A DNA stretch of 64,000 nucleotides from Octopus bimaculoides (GCF_001194135.2 NC_068993.1:41249608-41313607); one strand, 5' to 3'. Numbered from the stretch's first letter, positions 1-14,097 are shown. Numbers and translations: made by a program. The notes: a model not told the origin generated them from the sequence alone.

Positions 1-37
1 GTCTGTCTGTCTGTCTCATTATCTAGCAATCAATCTA

Positions 38-112
<75 letters not shown>

Positions 113-113
113 G

Positions 114-147
<34 letters not shown>

Positions 148-150
148 CAT
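1..150. repeat. Compound (TCTG)/(TCTA)n/(TC)/(TA) microsatellite
   Basis: Direct reading of the tandem units. Confidence 0.95.
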
Positions 151-726
151 ATGTATGTATGCATAGATTTGTACGAATGTGAGTGTGTGTCTGTTTATAC
201 ATACGTATACATGAAAACTTAAATAAGTTTTGGGACACGCATCAGGATACTTTCGACGAATCATATAATTATACAGCAAAGAAAGTAAATATTTCTATTT
301 CTCTATGTTAAACCAACAGCTAAATGACTCTATTATACATTTACAAAACACACTTAAACTTCACAAACTTGTCTTGAGATTGATGATTCACTGTTTCTGT
401 CTAGAAAAGGCCAATTTTTTTCAAGTTTTTTCTCACAATTTTGCATTGAGTTAAGACTGTGTTTTTTTGTTTCATTTTTTAAAAATGTTTTATGTCTTTT
501 AAAAAAATTATTTGTTTAGTGTTTGTATTCCGTGTACTGATACCCTCTTTACAGTTATAATCAAGGAGAGTTGTAGTTATAATAACGACACAAATATGTT
601 AAGCTTTCGTGTTTGCTTGTCGCTTATGATGGTTTTTATAGCGTAGAATTCACCTTTAACGGGAAAGATAAGTACTACTTGTCTACCATTGAACCTGACC
701 TGAAAACACAATATTCTTATCCTCTT

Positions 727-891
<165 letters not shown>

Positions 892-1320
892 TTCACACCA
901 ACATGGAAATACACATACATATACACGCACACATACACAGGCAAACACAAGTATATATACAGTTGTGTATATATAAATATACAATATGTACATGTAGGAA
1001 ATTTTAAAAGGAAAATAATTTAGAATATAATATATGCAGGTGACACGTAACATTTTATTTATTTAGTCATTTATTTATTTATTTATTTATTTATTTTATT
1101 TATTGCTAAATTTGCTTCCTACAGAGTAAGATGGTCGGTCAAATAAGCAATACGCACACAGAGGCGTCATTTCTCAAGCGCATACAGAGATACACATGTG
1201 TGTATCAACGTATATGTGCATACCTATGTATGCATATACGTACACACGTACACACACACACACACACACTCATATATGTACGTATATATGTATGTACAAA
1301 TAAATCTACATATACGTGTA

Positions 1321-1362
<42 letters not shown>

Positions 1363-1370
1363 CATATATA

Positions 1371-1534
1371 CGACGGGCTTCTTTCAGTTTCCGTCTACCA
1401 AATCCACTCACAAGGCTTTGGTCGGCCCGAGGCTATAGTAGAAGACAATTGCCCAAGATGCCACGCAGTGGGAATGAACTCGGAACCATGTGGTTGGTAA
1501 GCAAGCTACTTACCACACAGCCACTCCTGCGCCT
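1371..1534 (-). mobile_element. tRNA-derived SINE family A, 5' half
   Basis: Reverse complement reads GGAGTGGCTGTGTGGTAAG...GGTTCCGAGTTCATTCCCACTGCGTGGCATCTTGGGCAA...GAAGCCCGTCG; same sequence at 17985 and 22850-23015. Confidence 0.9.
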
Positions 1535-1538
1535 ATGT

Positions 1539-1577
<39 letters not shown>

Positions 1578-1610
1578 ATATCTATGCATGTATAAGTATA
1601 AATATAGGTG

Positions 1611-1645
<35 letters not shown>

Positions 1646-4324
1646 CTGTATGTATATATATACATATATATGTATCTACACACACACACACACGTATATA
1701 CATATATATATGTATGCATATATATTTTTCTTTTGAAGCAGACACACACGCAGTTACACGCTCTAGTTAATAACACCTTACTGTCTTCCTGTATTATAGA
1801 ATTCGATAGAAAAACGTAATAAACAATCGCCTCAAAAAAGAATAAATAAATAAATAAAAAATAAAAGATTAACCATGAAAGTTTTGTTAATAGTAAAGTA
1901 TAAACTAAAAATCAATACACAAGTACAGCATAAATGAAATAAGCTGAGACAGTAACTAGGATTTCATCTTTAAGCAACTTTAATTTTCCAACGATAATTT
2001 TACCAGTTACGACACCATTCTTATGATCTGCTCCCTACTAGAAAATGCGACAATGCACCGCTATTATCCCTTCGTTCACAAGATGGTGTGGCCTTGAAAC
2101 TGAATGGGCTTACATATATACATACGTATACTCACACACACCATTCTCAAATACACACACGCGCTTGCGCAACTTCGTTCAGCCGGATCACCGTTATTAT
2201 CTCCCTTTCATTCGGCCTGTTTCTTCTGGCCATTTCATCATGTTGAATCGTTAATCCTTACACATTTTTTCTCTCTATTCTTTTTCTTTTGCCCTCAAAC
2301 CTTTCTGAGCATTAAACTAATACACCTGCTTGTTGTTCCTACACCAGTCATCGTCTTTTGTTTTCTGTAAATTTGAACTATATCTATCTATATATATACG
2401 TGCCTTGACGTACCTAGTAATTCCCGGAAAAGCGGGGTTTATCCCTTGATTCCGTTCTCATAATTGTTTCGCTAACCCAGTAACAACAATACAAAGTATG
2501 TAGCCCTTAAAACCGTTTTTGTGCATTTATTGAGAATACCGAACTGTCTTACACAGGATCTTGTTTTTAGGAATTCCCAATAATTTATGAATAGCCAAAT
2601 TGTGAAGTCATTTATGTAATAACATGAAATTAATTATCCGATAGTAAGAATTCAAATAAAGTAGCCCCGGAAACGGGTTTTAATGCGTTCCCAGCGTATA
2701 TAGAACTTAGGAGGAAATACAAATAAGGTATGTATACTAAAATCGTGAAGCATGTTACGTAATAACAGGCTAATCAGCTATGAGGTAATAACAAGTCAAA
2801 GTAAATAACTTTGAAAAGAGCTTTTTGGTGTTCACAAAGAATATTACCCTCAGCGGCACTAGTGTTGGTATATGCGGCTTTGCTATTTTCATCATAAACT
2901 CCACTAACACCCAGAATCCTATTTCACGGGATAACAGCTGTTCGGCGTGCTTCTGTATAGCAGCAATTTTGGGATTGGTTTTATCGTTCTGTGCGTATGT
3001 CAAACGGCATCAGTTGATGGCACTGCCATACTACTAGAGTCTATTCCGAACCAACAATACCCTAGTTTTACTGCTCGACTAGGTATTTTTACAATTTGTC
3101 TATAATCCCAGTGCTGAAAATTCTCAGTGAGACACCGTTCGGTTGATTTTCATTGACGTCTAGATTTTTCCTGAATATATTGTCGATTTCTTTTTTTTGT
3201 TCCCTATTCCGTCTTCTTCACCTTAGGTGTCTAAATATGATTAAGGTATATTTCTTACGTACTGATAAATCTTCATAACTTGTATCAACAATAAATTATA
3301 TAACCATCCAGGAAACCAGAGATTTATTATTGTTCCTGCTTAAACTGCACCTTTTATGCGCACAAACGAACGACAAAAACAACGGGAGTATGGGTGTTTC
3401 ATACGTGTGACCAGATAAGTGAACTTACTTTCAGCTATGCCTATAGGCTGGATACCACATCTGCGGGAAGGCATTTGTCTGGCGCTTAGAGTCGATATTT
3501 TAACCTCTCACTGCTCTGAGTTTTACTATTATGCTTTTTAAAAACACAATCGGCTTTTGAATTTTTATGTTTTAAACAACAGAGATCATAATCTGCAATA
3601 ATTAGTAAAGAAAACAAAAACAAAAAACAAAATAAAACAAAAGAAAGAAAAACAGATTGATTAAAGTTAGGAGATTTCAAAACTGCCTTGTATATTTTCC
3701 ATATGTGTGCATTTACGAATATAAGATGTACTTTTTGTATATAGATATATTTCTTTGCATTTGAGATGTACAGATATATGTTTTGATTGCATTCGGAAAT
3801 TACATTTCAATCCTGAATAAATTGAAACGACAGCCTTTTAAGTTTTCAGAAAGTGAAAGATTACAATACTAAAGCTTTCATTAATGAATTACACATTACA
3901 TCCATTATTTCGAAAACTAATACGGCCATTACATTACAAAATTGTCGTGTTCTTCATCTCCTTGTAATTAATATATAAATACATCGATAAAGTACTAGAT
4001 TGAGATTCGTTAATAATGTTTATTTTTAGATGAAAAGCGTTTCAGTTCCAAAATAAAAAGAAAAGAGAAAAAAAATGAATTTATTTATTTATTTATTTAT
4101 TTCAGGATTCCGAATCTGATATTCGAAATACAAAATCTCAAAAGTATTTGTTTGGAAAGAAAGTCTTGTCGCAGTTATGACATGATCACTTGAAGGGCAC
4201 GTTTTCAATACTTAAGGCAAAATTAGAATTAATTTTTACATTCTAATGTTATTTCTCTCCTTACCATAGTGGTTAAATATGTATTAATATTTACTCTTTT
4301 AAAATGAGTTTAGGTCTGACCCAT

Positions 4325-4720
4325 ATCAGAAACTGCATGCTGCATGAATTCAAAAGGAGCTCTTTAGCAATGGAAGCGGCAAGAAATATTTCTACATCGT
4401 TGGTCAATCTTGAAAGGGTGTTGCTCTTACACGATAATGCAAGACTACATATCGTTCAACTCACTTAGGAAAAGATTATGGTACTAAATACAAAGACTTA
4501 CGTCACCCTCTTCACTCTCCTGACCTCATTCCATCTCACTGTCAGATCATTGCAAACATTGTTTATGAATAGTTTCTTCAATGTGAAGAGGTTAAAAACC
4601 ACAGCGAGTGTTTCTTTGCTTTGAAACCTAAAGAATTTTCCGCTCGAGGGATCAACAATTTGCCAATGCAATTATTTTATGAATAGAAAAGGAAAATGTC
4701 TTGATTAAATTAATCAGTTT
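4325..4720 (+). pseudogene. Highly decayed, internally deleted mariner transposase remnant
   Basis: Manual translation: RVLLLHDNARLH, HPLHSPDLIPS, FFALKPKEFSARGINNLP, matching the mariner HDNARPH / YSPDLAPSD / C-terminal motifs; stops and frameshifts present. Confidence 0.8.
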
Positions 4721-4799
4721 AGACTAACGAATCATTCTTCTCTTTCCCATCTTCGAACGCAACAGGACTTCCCAGCAAAATAGTTTTCTTATTAACAGT

Positions 4800-4960
4800 A
4801 TAATGAGTTTCTAATACAAGCACAAGGACTGTGGATTGGAGGACTGAGGTTTAGTTGATACCACTACCCCACTGCAAGACCGATATTTTAGTATGAAAGG
4901 CAAAGCTGACCTCAGCAGTATTTGAAATCAGAACGCAGAAAGTCACAACTAAATACTTCA
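4800..4960 (-). mobile_element. SINE family B, degraded copy
   Basis: ATGAAAGGCAAAGCTGACCTCAGCAGTATTTGAAATCAGAACG is the reverse of the family-B core GTTCTGAGTTCAAATTCCGCCGAGGTCGACTTTGCCTTTCAT. Confidence 0.75.
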
Positions 4961-5261
4961 ACGCCCACTGCCCTTTTATACAGTATAATAAAATACTTAG
5001 AGAAATATGGGTAAAAATAAACACTTGAAGAAGCGCTACTGGCCTATGATTACGCAGATTACTCCAGGATCTGTGAGGTTCCTTGTTTTGAGCAAGATAG
5101 CGCCCTTACTGAGATATTTCATATCATATTTATTTTTGGTAGCAATAATGTACCCACTCCTCAATATATTCTAGCAAATTCGAGCGTGAATATTTTCACC
5201 GATTTGTCTTCATAACACGCGATTCATCGGTGTAAAGTTCACTGGTGTATATTTTCCCTTT

Positions 5262-5648
5262 GTGGAGGAACAATGGCCCAGTAGTTAAGGCAGCGGACTC
5301 TCGGTCATAGGATCGCGGTTTCGATTCCCAGACCGGGCGTTGTGAGTGTTTATTGAGCAAAAACACCTAAAGCTCCACGAGGCTCCGGCAGGGTATGGTG
5401 GCGAACCCTGCTGTACTCTTCCACCACAACTTTCTCTCGCTCTCTCTTCCTGTTTCTGTTGTGCCTGTATTTCAAAGGGCCAGCCTTGTTACACTGTGTC
5501 ACGCTGAATATCCCCAAGAATTACGTTAAGGGTACACGTGTCTGTGGAGTGCTCAGTCACTTGCACGTTAATTTCACGAGCAGGCTGTTCCGTTGATTAG
5601 ATCAACTGAAACCCTCGACGTCGTAAGCGACGGAGTGCCAACAACAAC
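5262..5648 (+). mobile_element. Full-length tRNA-derived SINE family D with (CAA)n tail and 11-bp TSD
   Basis: tRNA-like head with A/B boxes (TGGCCCAGTAGTTAAGG...GGTTTCGATTCCC); ends GGAGTGCCAACAACAAC; ATTTTCCCTTT at both 5251-5261 and 5649-5659. Confidence 0.9.
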
Positions 5649-5708
5649 ATTTTCCCTTTAATTTACCCTTATCCGTCACCCTTGCGGCAAAGTAAACAAA
5701 AGATTATT

Positions 5709-6252
5709 CATATTTCGTTATTTCTCCTAACGTTCCCGTGTTCAGATCCCTTGTGTTCAACTTCTAGGGTCGATAAAATAAAAGTAGCAGTCATATAACG
5801 GAATAATTCTAATCAAATGTACTCTTCCTGCGAATTTCTGAGCAAGTGCTAACTTTAGAAACTTTAATTATTACTATCACCATAAAGCGAACTTTTGGAA
5901 TCGTTAGCACGCCGGGCAAGATGTCTAGCAGCATTTCATGCATCTATATTCTTTGTTCAAGTTCAGGGTCCATGAAATAAGTACTGGTCGAGCAATGGGG
6001 CCAATGTAATTGACTTGCCACTCCCCTAAAATTTCAGGTCTTTTGTCTATAGTAGAAATAATCATTGAGGCAGTAAGCTGGCAGAGTCAAACAAAATGCA
6101 TAGCGAGACTTCTGGTTCTTTAGATTCAGGGTTCAAATCCCGTCGAGGTCGATGAAATAAAGTACCAGGCAAGTACTGGCGCCGATGTAATCGAATACAT
6201 CTTTTCCCACTAAAACTTTTCTGGCCTTGTGCCCAAAAACAAGAATTATTTC
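5709..6252 (+). mobile_element. Head-to-tail cluster of three SINE family B copies (5709-5875, 5884-6066, 6068-6252)
   Basis: Repeated GGAATCGTTAGCACGCCGGGC / GCTGGCAGAG heads, GGGTCGAT(G)AAATAAGTAC cores and CCTTGTG...AGAA(ATT) tails. Confidence 0.8.
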
Positions 6253-6269
6253 TATCAACCTATAAAAAA

Positions 6270-6455
6270 GCTGCTGTCATTTAGATCTACGATCAAAAGC
6301 TTTCCAAACTTGACCATCTCGTTTACTGTTCTTATACTGTGCATCTCGAACCACATTATTCCAATGTATCACTTCATGTATGAGGGTTGTAGTGTGTGAT
6401 ATAAGAGAAATTTAGTTGTTATTTCTAGAAATTTGAGCAACTACTTACAGGCTTG
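6270..6455 (+). repeat. Degraded interspersed repeat (label E)
   Basis: Similar to 31665-31860 (reverse) and 51055-51150: CTA(C/T)GATCAAAAG and GAAATT(T/A)AGTTGTTATTTCTAG motifs. Confidence 0.5.
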
Positions 6456-7173
6456 CTCAAACTTTTTTTGGTAAACTAAATTTGTAAATCTGACTTTTGA
6501 TTGTCTCCACCTCTTGTGATGTTAATCACTTTGCGAAAGTCATTAAAGTCGCAATCAAATCATAATTGGTATAATTCATGTTGCGTTTGTTTAAATACGA
6601 AATGTGTGTAGGTGTATGTATGTATGTATGTGTGTGTGAGAGAGAGAGGGAGAGAGAGAGAGGGGGAGAGAGACAGAGAGAGTGCGCGCGCGAGATTTGT
6701 GCTTTGATCATGCCAAGTAATGCTACAAATGTTTTTTGATGCAATACAACCGCCGTCACCACCACCACCACCNNNNNNNNNNNNNNNNNNNNNNNNNNNN
6801 NNNNNNNNNNNNNNNNNNNNNNNNNNNNNNNNNNNNNNNNNNNNNNNNNNNNNNNNNNNNNNNNNNNNNNNNNNNNNNNNNNNNNNNNNNNNNNNNNNNN
6901 NNNNNNNNNNNNNNNNNNNNNNNNNNNNNNNNNNNNNNNNNNNNNNNNNNNNNNNNNNNNNNNNNNNNNNNNNNNNNNNNNNNNNNNNNNNNNNNNNNNN
7001 NNNNNNNNNNNNNNNNNNNNNNNNNNNNNNNNNNNNNNNNTATATACAGGCACATGTATATCATATAATATATACATATACATACACTAATATTTAATAT
7101 ATATATATATATATATATATATGCGTGTGCGTGTATATATCATTATCAGCACGTAGATGCAAATTTTATACAT

Positions 7174-7257
<84 letters not shown>

Positions 7258-7743
7258 TATATATATATACACACATACATATACATACAGACACACAGAT
7301 ACACACGCATATATATGCATATATATATGCATATATATGTGTGTATATATACGTCTATCTTTGAGTGTGTGCGTATACGTATACATACACACATAAAGGA
7401 GACACACAGACGCACAGACGCATGCATAAATGTCCACATACACACGAAGACAAAGCTCTGTTTTTATTCCTTCAGAAACTGAGAAGGAAAAGATGAGAAT
7501 GCGATATAAAGAGAAAACAGCAACCGTTAGCACTTTTTTTTCCCCACTGGAATTTAAAACACAACTTCATAGATTAGCAAATTGTAAATAATTATTGAAC
7601 AAAACACTCTATATAGATATATAGTTAACTACATGTGCGTGCGCACATATACATACAGATGCGCGCGCGTGCATAATGATGCACTCATAATTTCTTCTGA
7701 ACAAGAAACACGATTTATATTATTATTATAATGAGAATACAGC

Positions 7744-7811
<68 letters not shown>

Positions 7812-8069
7812 NNNNNNNNNNNNNNNNNNNNNNNNNNNNNNNNNNNNNNNNNNNNNNNNNNNNNNNNNNNNNNNNNNNNNNNNNNNNNNNNNNNNNNNNN
7901 NNNNNNNNNNNNNNNNNNNNNNNNNNNNNNNNNNNNNNNNNNNNNNNNNNNNNNNNNNNNNNNNNNNNNNNNNNNNNNNNNNNNNNNNNNNNNNNNNNNN
8001 NNNNNNNNNNNNNNNNNATATATATATATATTTATGTATATAGATGTGTGTATTTTTCCCTTGTTAACA

Positions 8070-8101
<32 letters not shown>

Positions 8102-9810
8102 CATGTATATAATAAACACATACACATATACACGTGCACACAGACACACATATACACATGCACACAAATACATACGCATACATAGTTCCTCACGTATACA
8201 CACACCTATACACACACATCCATACACACATCGGTACACACATATACACAGCTAATTCGAAGTGAAGAGGAAGTAGACACAACATCACTCTAACTGTGAA
8301 GTTAATAAGAATCTAAAAATAAGACAAGACCTTGTAGTGATCTTTACTATTTTCTAAGTTCTCTAGCAACAATAGTTAATTCTAAAGTCACTTCCCTGCA
8401 GCCAAATAATTTCTACCTAATCAAAATAACTGTTTTGCTAAATGTGGTTCTGTCTGATAAAAGTATGGTTTCAGACAAGCAATGGCGGACTTCGTTACTC
8501 ACAGACTTTTAATAAAGGCCAAAAACCGATATATTTTATTGCAGTCTTTATAACTCGAGAACACACTGCAATAGATCTCCGACTAACATGATTTGTTTTT
8601 TCCTTTTTCTTTTCTTCTCTTTTCTTTCTTTTTCTATTATATATATAATTTTTTTTCTTTTTTCGGTTAATGCTTTTTTGTCTTTTTTTTTTCTATCACA
8701 TTTCTTATTAAACAACGGCGAATCAGAATTAATTGAAATCTAGAATTGCTTATTATTGTATACATGCACACGTAAATACATACATAAATACACACTCTCG
8801 CAGGTATACTGGCATGAACGTATATATATATATATATATATATATATNNNNNNNNNNNNNNNNNNNNNNNNNNNNNNNNNNNNNNNNNNNNNNNNNNNNN
8901 NNNNNNNNNNNNNNNNNNNNNNNNNNNNNNNNNNNNNNNNNNNNNNNNNNNNNNNNNNNNNNNNNNNNNNNNNNNNNNNNNNNNNNNNNNNNNNNNNNNN
9001 NNNNNNNNNNNNNNNNNNNNNNNNNNNNNNNNNNNNNNNNNNNNNNNNNNNNNNNNNNNNNNNNNNNNNNNNNNNNNNNNNNNNNNNNNNNNNNNNNNNN
9101 NNNNNNNNNNNNNNNNNNNNNNNNNNNNNNNNNNNNNNNNNNNNNNNNNNNNNNNNNNNNNNNNNNNNNNNNNNNNNNNNNNNNNNNNNNNNNNNNNNNN
9201 NNNNNNNNNNNNNNNNNNNNNNNNNNNNNNNNNNNNNNNNNNNNNNNNNNNNNNNNNNNNNNNNNNNNNNNNNNNNNNNNNNNNNNNNNNNNNNNNNNNN
9301 NNNNNNNNNNNNNNNNNNNNNNNNNNNNNNNNNNNNNNNNNNNNNNNNNNNNNNNNNNNNNNNNNNNNNNNNNNNNNNNNNNNNNNNNNNNNNNNNNNNN
9401 NNNNNNNNNNNNNNNNNNNNNNNNNNNNNNNNNNNNNNNNNNNNNNNNNNNNNNNNNNNNNNNNNNNNNNNNNNNNNNNNNNNNNNNNNNNNNNNNNNNN
9501 NNNNNNNNNNNNNNNNNNNNNNNNNNNNNNNNNNNNNNNNNNNNNNNNNNNNNNNNNNNNNNNNNNNNNNNNNNNNNNNNNNNNNNNNNNNNNNNNNNNN
9601 NNNNNNNNNNNNNNNNNNNNNNNNNNNNNNNNNNNNNNNNNNNNNNNNNNNNNNNNNNNNNNNNNNNNNNNNNNNNNNNNNNNNNNNNNNNNNNNNNNNN
9701 NNNNNNNNNNNNNNNNNNNNNNNNNNNNNNNNNNNNNNNNNNNNNNNNNNNNNNNNNNNNNNNNNNNNNNNNNNNNNNNNNNNNNNNNNNNNNNNNNNNN
9801 NNNNNNNNNN

Positions 9811-9863
<53 letters not shown>

Positions 9864-9999
9864 TACACACACACACTTACATAAATACGCACTGACGTAC
9901 ATTGAAATTATAAAAAATACATGCCCTCATAACTATATATGCTTGACAACACCCCACCCCGCAAACATACACATGTATGCATGCATATGTATACATACA

Positions 10000-10030
<31 letters not shown>

Positions 10031-10109
10031 GTATATATGTGTGAGTGTATTTATTTATTTATTTATGTGTTTCAGCCAAGTGGCTGCGGTCATGCTGGTG
10101 CACCACCGT

Positions 10110-10289
10110 GATTTTCACGTTCCTCGCATGGCTCTTCTCCCCCACCTGACATGGTCCAATCAAGAGCTTTGATGGCACATCTGGTGTATAAGAGAATTTG
10201 ACATAGCTGCCCTAAACTGCGTCTCATTACGAGCCATTGGTTCGTCTGGTACCGTGGAGAGGAAAGTGTCAAGTCTTGTCTTGAAGACC
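10110..10289 (-). mobile_element. 3' end of a CR1/L2-like LINE ORF2 (truncated by gap)
   Basis: Minus-strand peptide VFKTRLDTFLSTVPDEP...RAAMSNSLIHQ resembles the C-terminus of CR1-group ORF2; stop at 10160. Confidence 0.7.
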
Positions 10290-10680
10290 NNNNNNNNNNN
10301 NNNNNNNNNNNNNNNNNNNNNNNNNNNNNNNNNNNNNNNNNNNNNNNNNNNNNNNNNNNNNNNNNNNNNNNNNNNNNNNNNNNNNNNNNNNNNNNNNNNN
10401 NNNNNNNNNNNNNNNNNNNNNNNNNNNNNNNNNNNNNNNNNNNNNNNNNNNNNNNNNNNNNNNNNNNNNNNNNNNNNNNNNNNNNNNNNNNNNNNNNNNN
10501 NNNNNNNNNNNNNNNNNNNNNNNNNNNNNNNNNNNNNNNNNNNNNNNNNNNNNNNNNNNNNNNNNNNNNNNNNNNNNNNNNNNNNNNNNNNNNNNNNNNN
10601 NNNNNNNNNNNNNNNNNNNNNNNNNNNNNNNNNNNNNNNNNNNNNNNNNNNNNNNNNNNNNNNNNNNNCGTATATATGTG

Positions 10681-10719
<39 letters not shown>

Positions 10720-10724
10720 TTGTG

Positions 10725-10912
10725 TGTCTGTGTTTGTCCCCCAACATCGCTTGACAACCGTAACTTAGCGGTTCGGTAAAAGAGACCGATAGAATAAGTA
10801 CTGGGCTTACAAAGAATAAGTCCTGGAGTCGATTTGCTCGACTAAAGGTAGTGCTCCAGCCTGGCCACAGTCAAATGACTGAAACAAGTAAAAGAGTAAA
10901 AGAGTAAAAGAG
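10725..10912 (+). mobile_element. SINE family A, 3' half
   Basis: TGTTTGTCCCCCAACATCGCTTGACAACC...GGTTCGGTAAAAGAGACCGATAG...ATGACTGAAACAAGTAAAAGAGTAAAAGAG tail. Confidence 0.9.
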
Positions 10913-11664
10913 TATATATATATATATATATATATATATCTGTCTGTCCGTCTCTCATATATATGTCTGTTTGTCCGCCTCTCTCTCTTTCTCTCTGTAT
11001 GTATGTATGTATGTGTGTGTATATGTATGTGTGTCTATGTATGTATATATATGTGTATATGCATGCATGCATATATATACATGTATATATGCATGTGTGT
11101 TTGTGTGTGTGTGTTTGTGTATATTATATGTATGAACGTTCGTATAAAACTGCTGATATACATATTTAATATGAACCGAAACTCCCAATGTAAGCGTTCG
11201 GGTTATTTGATGTTTAAGGATTATTTCACACAGAAAATAACGACCGCGATTGGATTCAAAAGAATATAAATGACAATAAAATGACAATAAAATAAAAATA
11301 AAATACAATCATAATGACACTTTGTTCAGACCTATTCTTAGAAATGCACTGTCTCTCTCACGAAAACAAACCAGGCAAGAGAAAATGAAATGAAAACACA
11401 AGCAGACGATATGGCGTAATGGCCACGAATTCACAAATTCAAGAATATATTTGGGAGTTTCTGATAAATACACTCTAAAGGTTTGTGGGTATGTTTGTCT
11501 TTGTGTGTCTGTGTGTGTTTGCCCGTGCGTGTATGTTTGTGTGTACGTGTGTGTTTGCCCGTGTGTGTGCGTGTGTGTTTGCCCGTGCGCATATGTTTAT
11601 GTGCGTTTAGTGGGTATCTACATGAATATGCGTGTTTATGTATGCCTTTTTATTTTTTTATTCT

Positions 11665-11935
11665 TTTACTTGTTTCATTCATTTGACTGCTGCCATGCTG
11701 GAGCACCACTTTTAGTCGAACAAATCGACCTCCAGGACTTATTCTTTATAAGCCTATTCTATCGGTCTCTTTTTTTTACCGAACCGCTAAGTGATGGGGA
11801 TGTAAACACACCAACGATGGTGGAAGGACAAACACAGAAATAAATAACAAAAACACACACACACACACACACATACGACGGACTTCTTTCAGTTTACGTC
11901 AACCAAATCCACTCACAAGGCTTTGGTCGGCCCGT
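11665..11935 (-). mobile_element. SINE family A, 3' two-thirds with internal (CA)n
   Basis: Reverse-complement match to 10725-10912 plus GGACTTCTTTCAGTTT...CACTCACAAGGCTTTGGTCGGCCCG. Confidence 0.9.
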
Positions 11936-12836
11936 GAGTCTATCTGTGTGTGTGTGTGTGTGTGGATGTGTGTGTGTGTGTGTGTTTGTGCGTGTGTGTA
12001 TGTGCATGTATGTTGTGTGTATTTGTATTCATTACTGATTTTATGAATTGCTCCCTTGCAGTGCGGCTGTGATTGTAAGCTTGTATGTGAATGTATCTAT
12101 ATATAATTGTTTCTATATCTATGTACGCGTTCGTGTGTGTATACCTGTGTTTGCATATTGTTTGTGTATTGTATGTGTGTATATATGAACGTGCGCATGT
12201 GTGTGTGTGTGTGGCGTGTTTCATTGCAGTTCATCAGAATGAACAACCCTAAAATAGCGTTCTATTCGGAATTGAGTCATCTCAGTTAATGTTGGGCGAG
12301 AGGTCGAAGTTATTACATTTTTGAATGTCTCATGGCATATGCAGTAGAAAGCCGCCTTAACTATGGGACGATATTTACACAAGAAGGGACTTTTCTAAGG
12401 AATTATGCTGCAGCTGACCCGAAGGCAGTAATTAAATTAGTGAAAGCCAAGGAAACCAGAAATAAACACACACACACACACACATACATGCATACATACA
12501 GGCATACACGTGTATATGTATGTGGTGGAAACGGATCTAATCGGTTAACTATAGATTTGTGAGCTTCGGAGGATAATGCCAGTGAAGTGTCAGCTAATTA
12601 GATATAATAGGTTAACTGACTAAAGGTTGTTTAATTTGTTCAATGGATTGCATAAATACCAGAGCTATATAATTACACATGACAGGTTACACGTTGAATT
12701 AATTCAAGTTGGATTTTTAGAATATTTATCAATGAAAATTTCCCAATCAATGATGATTTTTCAACACGTTCGATCTCTTTCCTTTCTGTTCGTTAAATTT
12801 TTAAATGAAGATAGCTGTGTGTTTTATACATTGACG

Positions 12837-13057
12837 ACGAGTGTGTCCTGAAAAGTTTCTGGCTTTAAGGGTATCGCGAAAAGCCTGGTTTGAGGCCCAA
12901 CTTTCCAAGTTATTTTACAGAGCAAAGAAAAACTGAAGGGACGCTGCAATAAATGTGTGAATCTGAGAGAAGGGTATGTTGAATAAAATCATAATTAACT
13001 TATTCTCCTGCTTTTTTGTTTTCACCCAAAGCCAGGAAAGTTTTAGCGCCCACTCGT
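12837..13057 (+). mobile_element. Mariner-derived MITE / internal deletion derivative
   Basis: Imperfect ~30-bp TIRs ACGAGTGTGTCCTGAAAAGTTTCTGGCTTT / AAAGCCAGGAAAGTTTTAGCGCCCACTCGT(A); interior encodes KGRCNKCVNLREGYVE*, a mariner C-terminus. Confidence 0.75.
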
Positions 13058-14097
13058 AAATAGACTTCAATTCTTCAACGTTTGCATATTTATCTTTAAT
13101 TTGTATTGCGTTGTGAGATAAATTCGTTCGTTTTTTTCCTACTCATTACGCCATTGTGATATGTCTAAAAAGAGGTAAAATTTATTCAAATCTTAAAAGA
13201 TGATATGAAAAATTATAGAGAAAGAATAGAACTACCAAAAACAAGTAAAAAAACATAAAGAACTACGATAAAAAATATTTTTTGTCTCGATTCAAGTAAC
13301 GATGGAAAGGCTTAAAATACACAGAAAAGTAAAAGGCGAACGAATTTATCTGACAACCTAATACTATCTATTGAGATGTAACTGGCATAAGGTAAATTAG
13401 GAATAGGGCTTGTGGCCTTCATTCTTATCCCTAAGGCCTTTAACAAAGCATTAACGTTAAGTAGTTGCTACTAACCAAACACTGAAACCGGATCGCTTTC
13501 TCCTACACTACGCACTCACTTTATGTCCATTTGTTAGTCAGCTATCTATTTGAAAAGTCCTTTTGACAAAAACCATCATACACCGAAGCCATAGATGTAA
13601 GCTTTCAAAGGCATCTCGTAGAATTTGATCACCCAATAGATGTTTGTAATGTTTCGAATATTGTTGAGTTTTAACAGAATATCTCCTGGGATGTGTGTGC
13701 TAATGGAAAGACCTCTTAAAATTACGTTTTACACTGTTGATTCGATACCACTGGAAGATTAAACAACGATAAAATAGTTATAAAGAAAATATATAATGGA
13801 AACGAAATGGAAAAATAGACGGTTTTTACGTTAAAACAACAGCTTATCAATTAACCACTATTCCTGTTTATATGTTTGACACCATCGTCTGTAACGTGCC
13901 ACTCCATATATGGCACTAATGTGAATATGTCATTAATGGTGTGTGACACTAATAATGTATACATTACAATATACTATACACGATACTAATGTATAGAAAA
14001 CATTAACGTCTCTATTACACTACTCTTAATGTGACACTAATAGAATACTTAGTGAACAAGGATTTTTTAAATTTATTTTTACTTCGGAGGAGTAATG

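Noticed and set aside
2405-2445. Possible Helitron 3' hairpin plus CTAG on the minus strand
   Set aside because: Hairpin of only 4 bp, wrong flanking base, and no second copy in the window
2770-3037. Overlapping 70-77 aa ORFs in unique sequence
   Set aside because: No motif, no convincing splice sites, and a length expected by chance
5262-5340. tRNA-like cloverleaf fragments here and at 17985, 30554, 50269
   Set aside because: Followed by SINE bodies and lacking proper acceptor stems; SINE heads rather than tRNA genes
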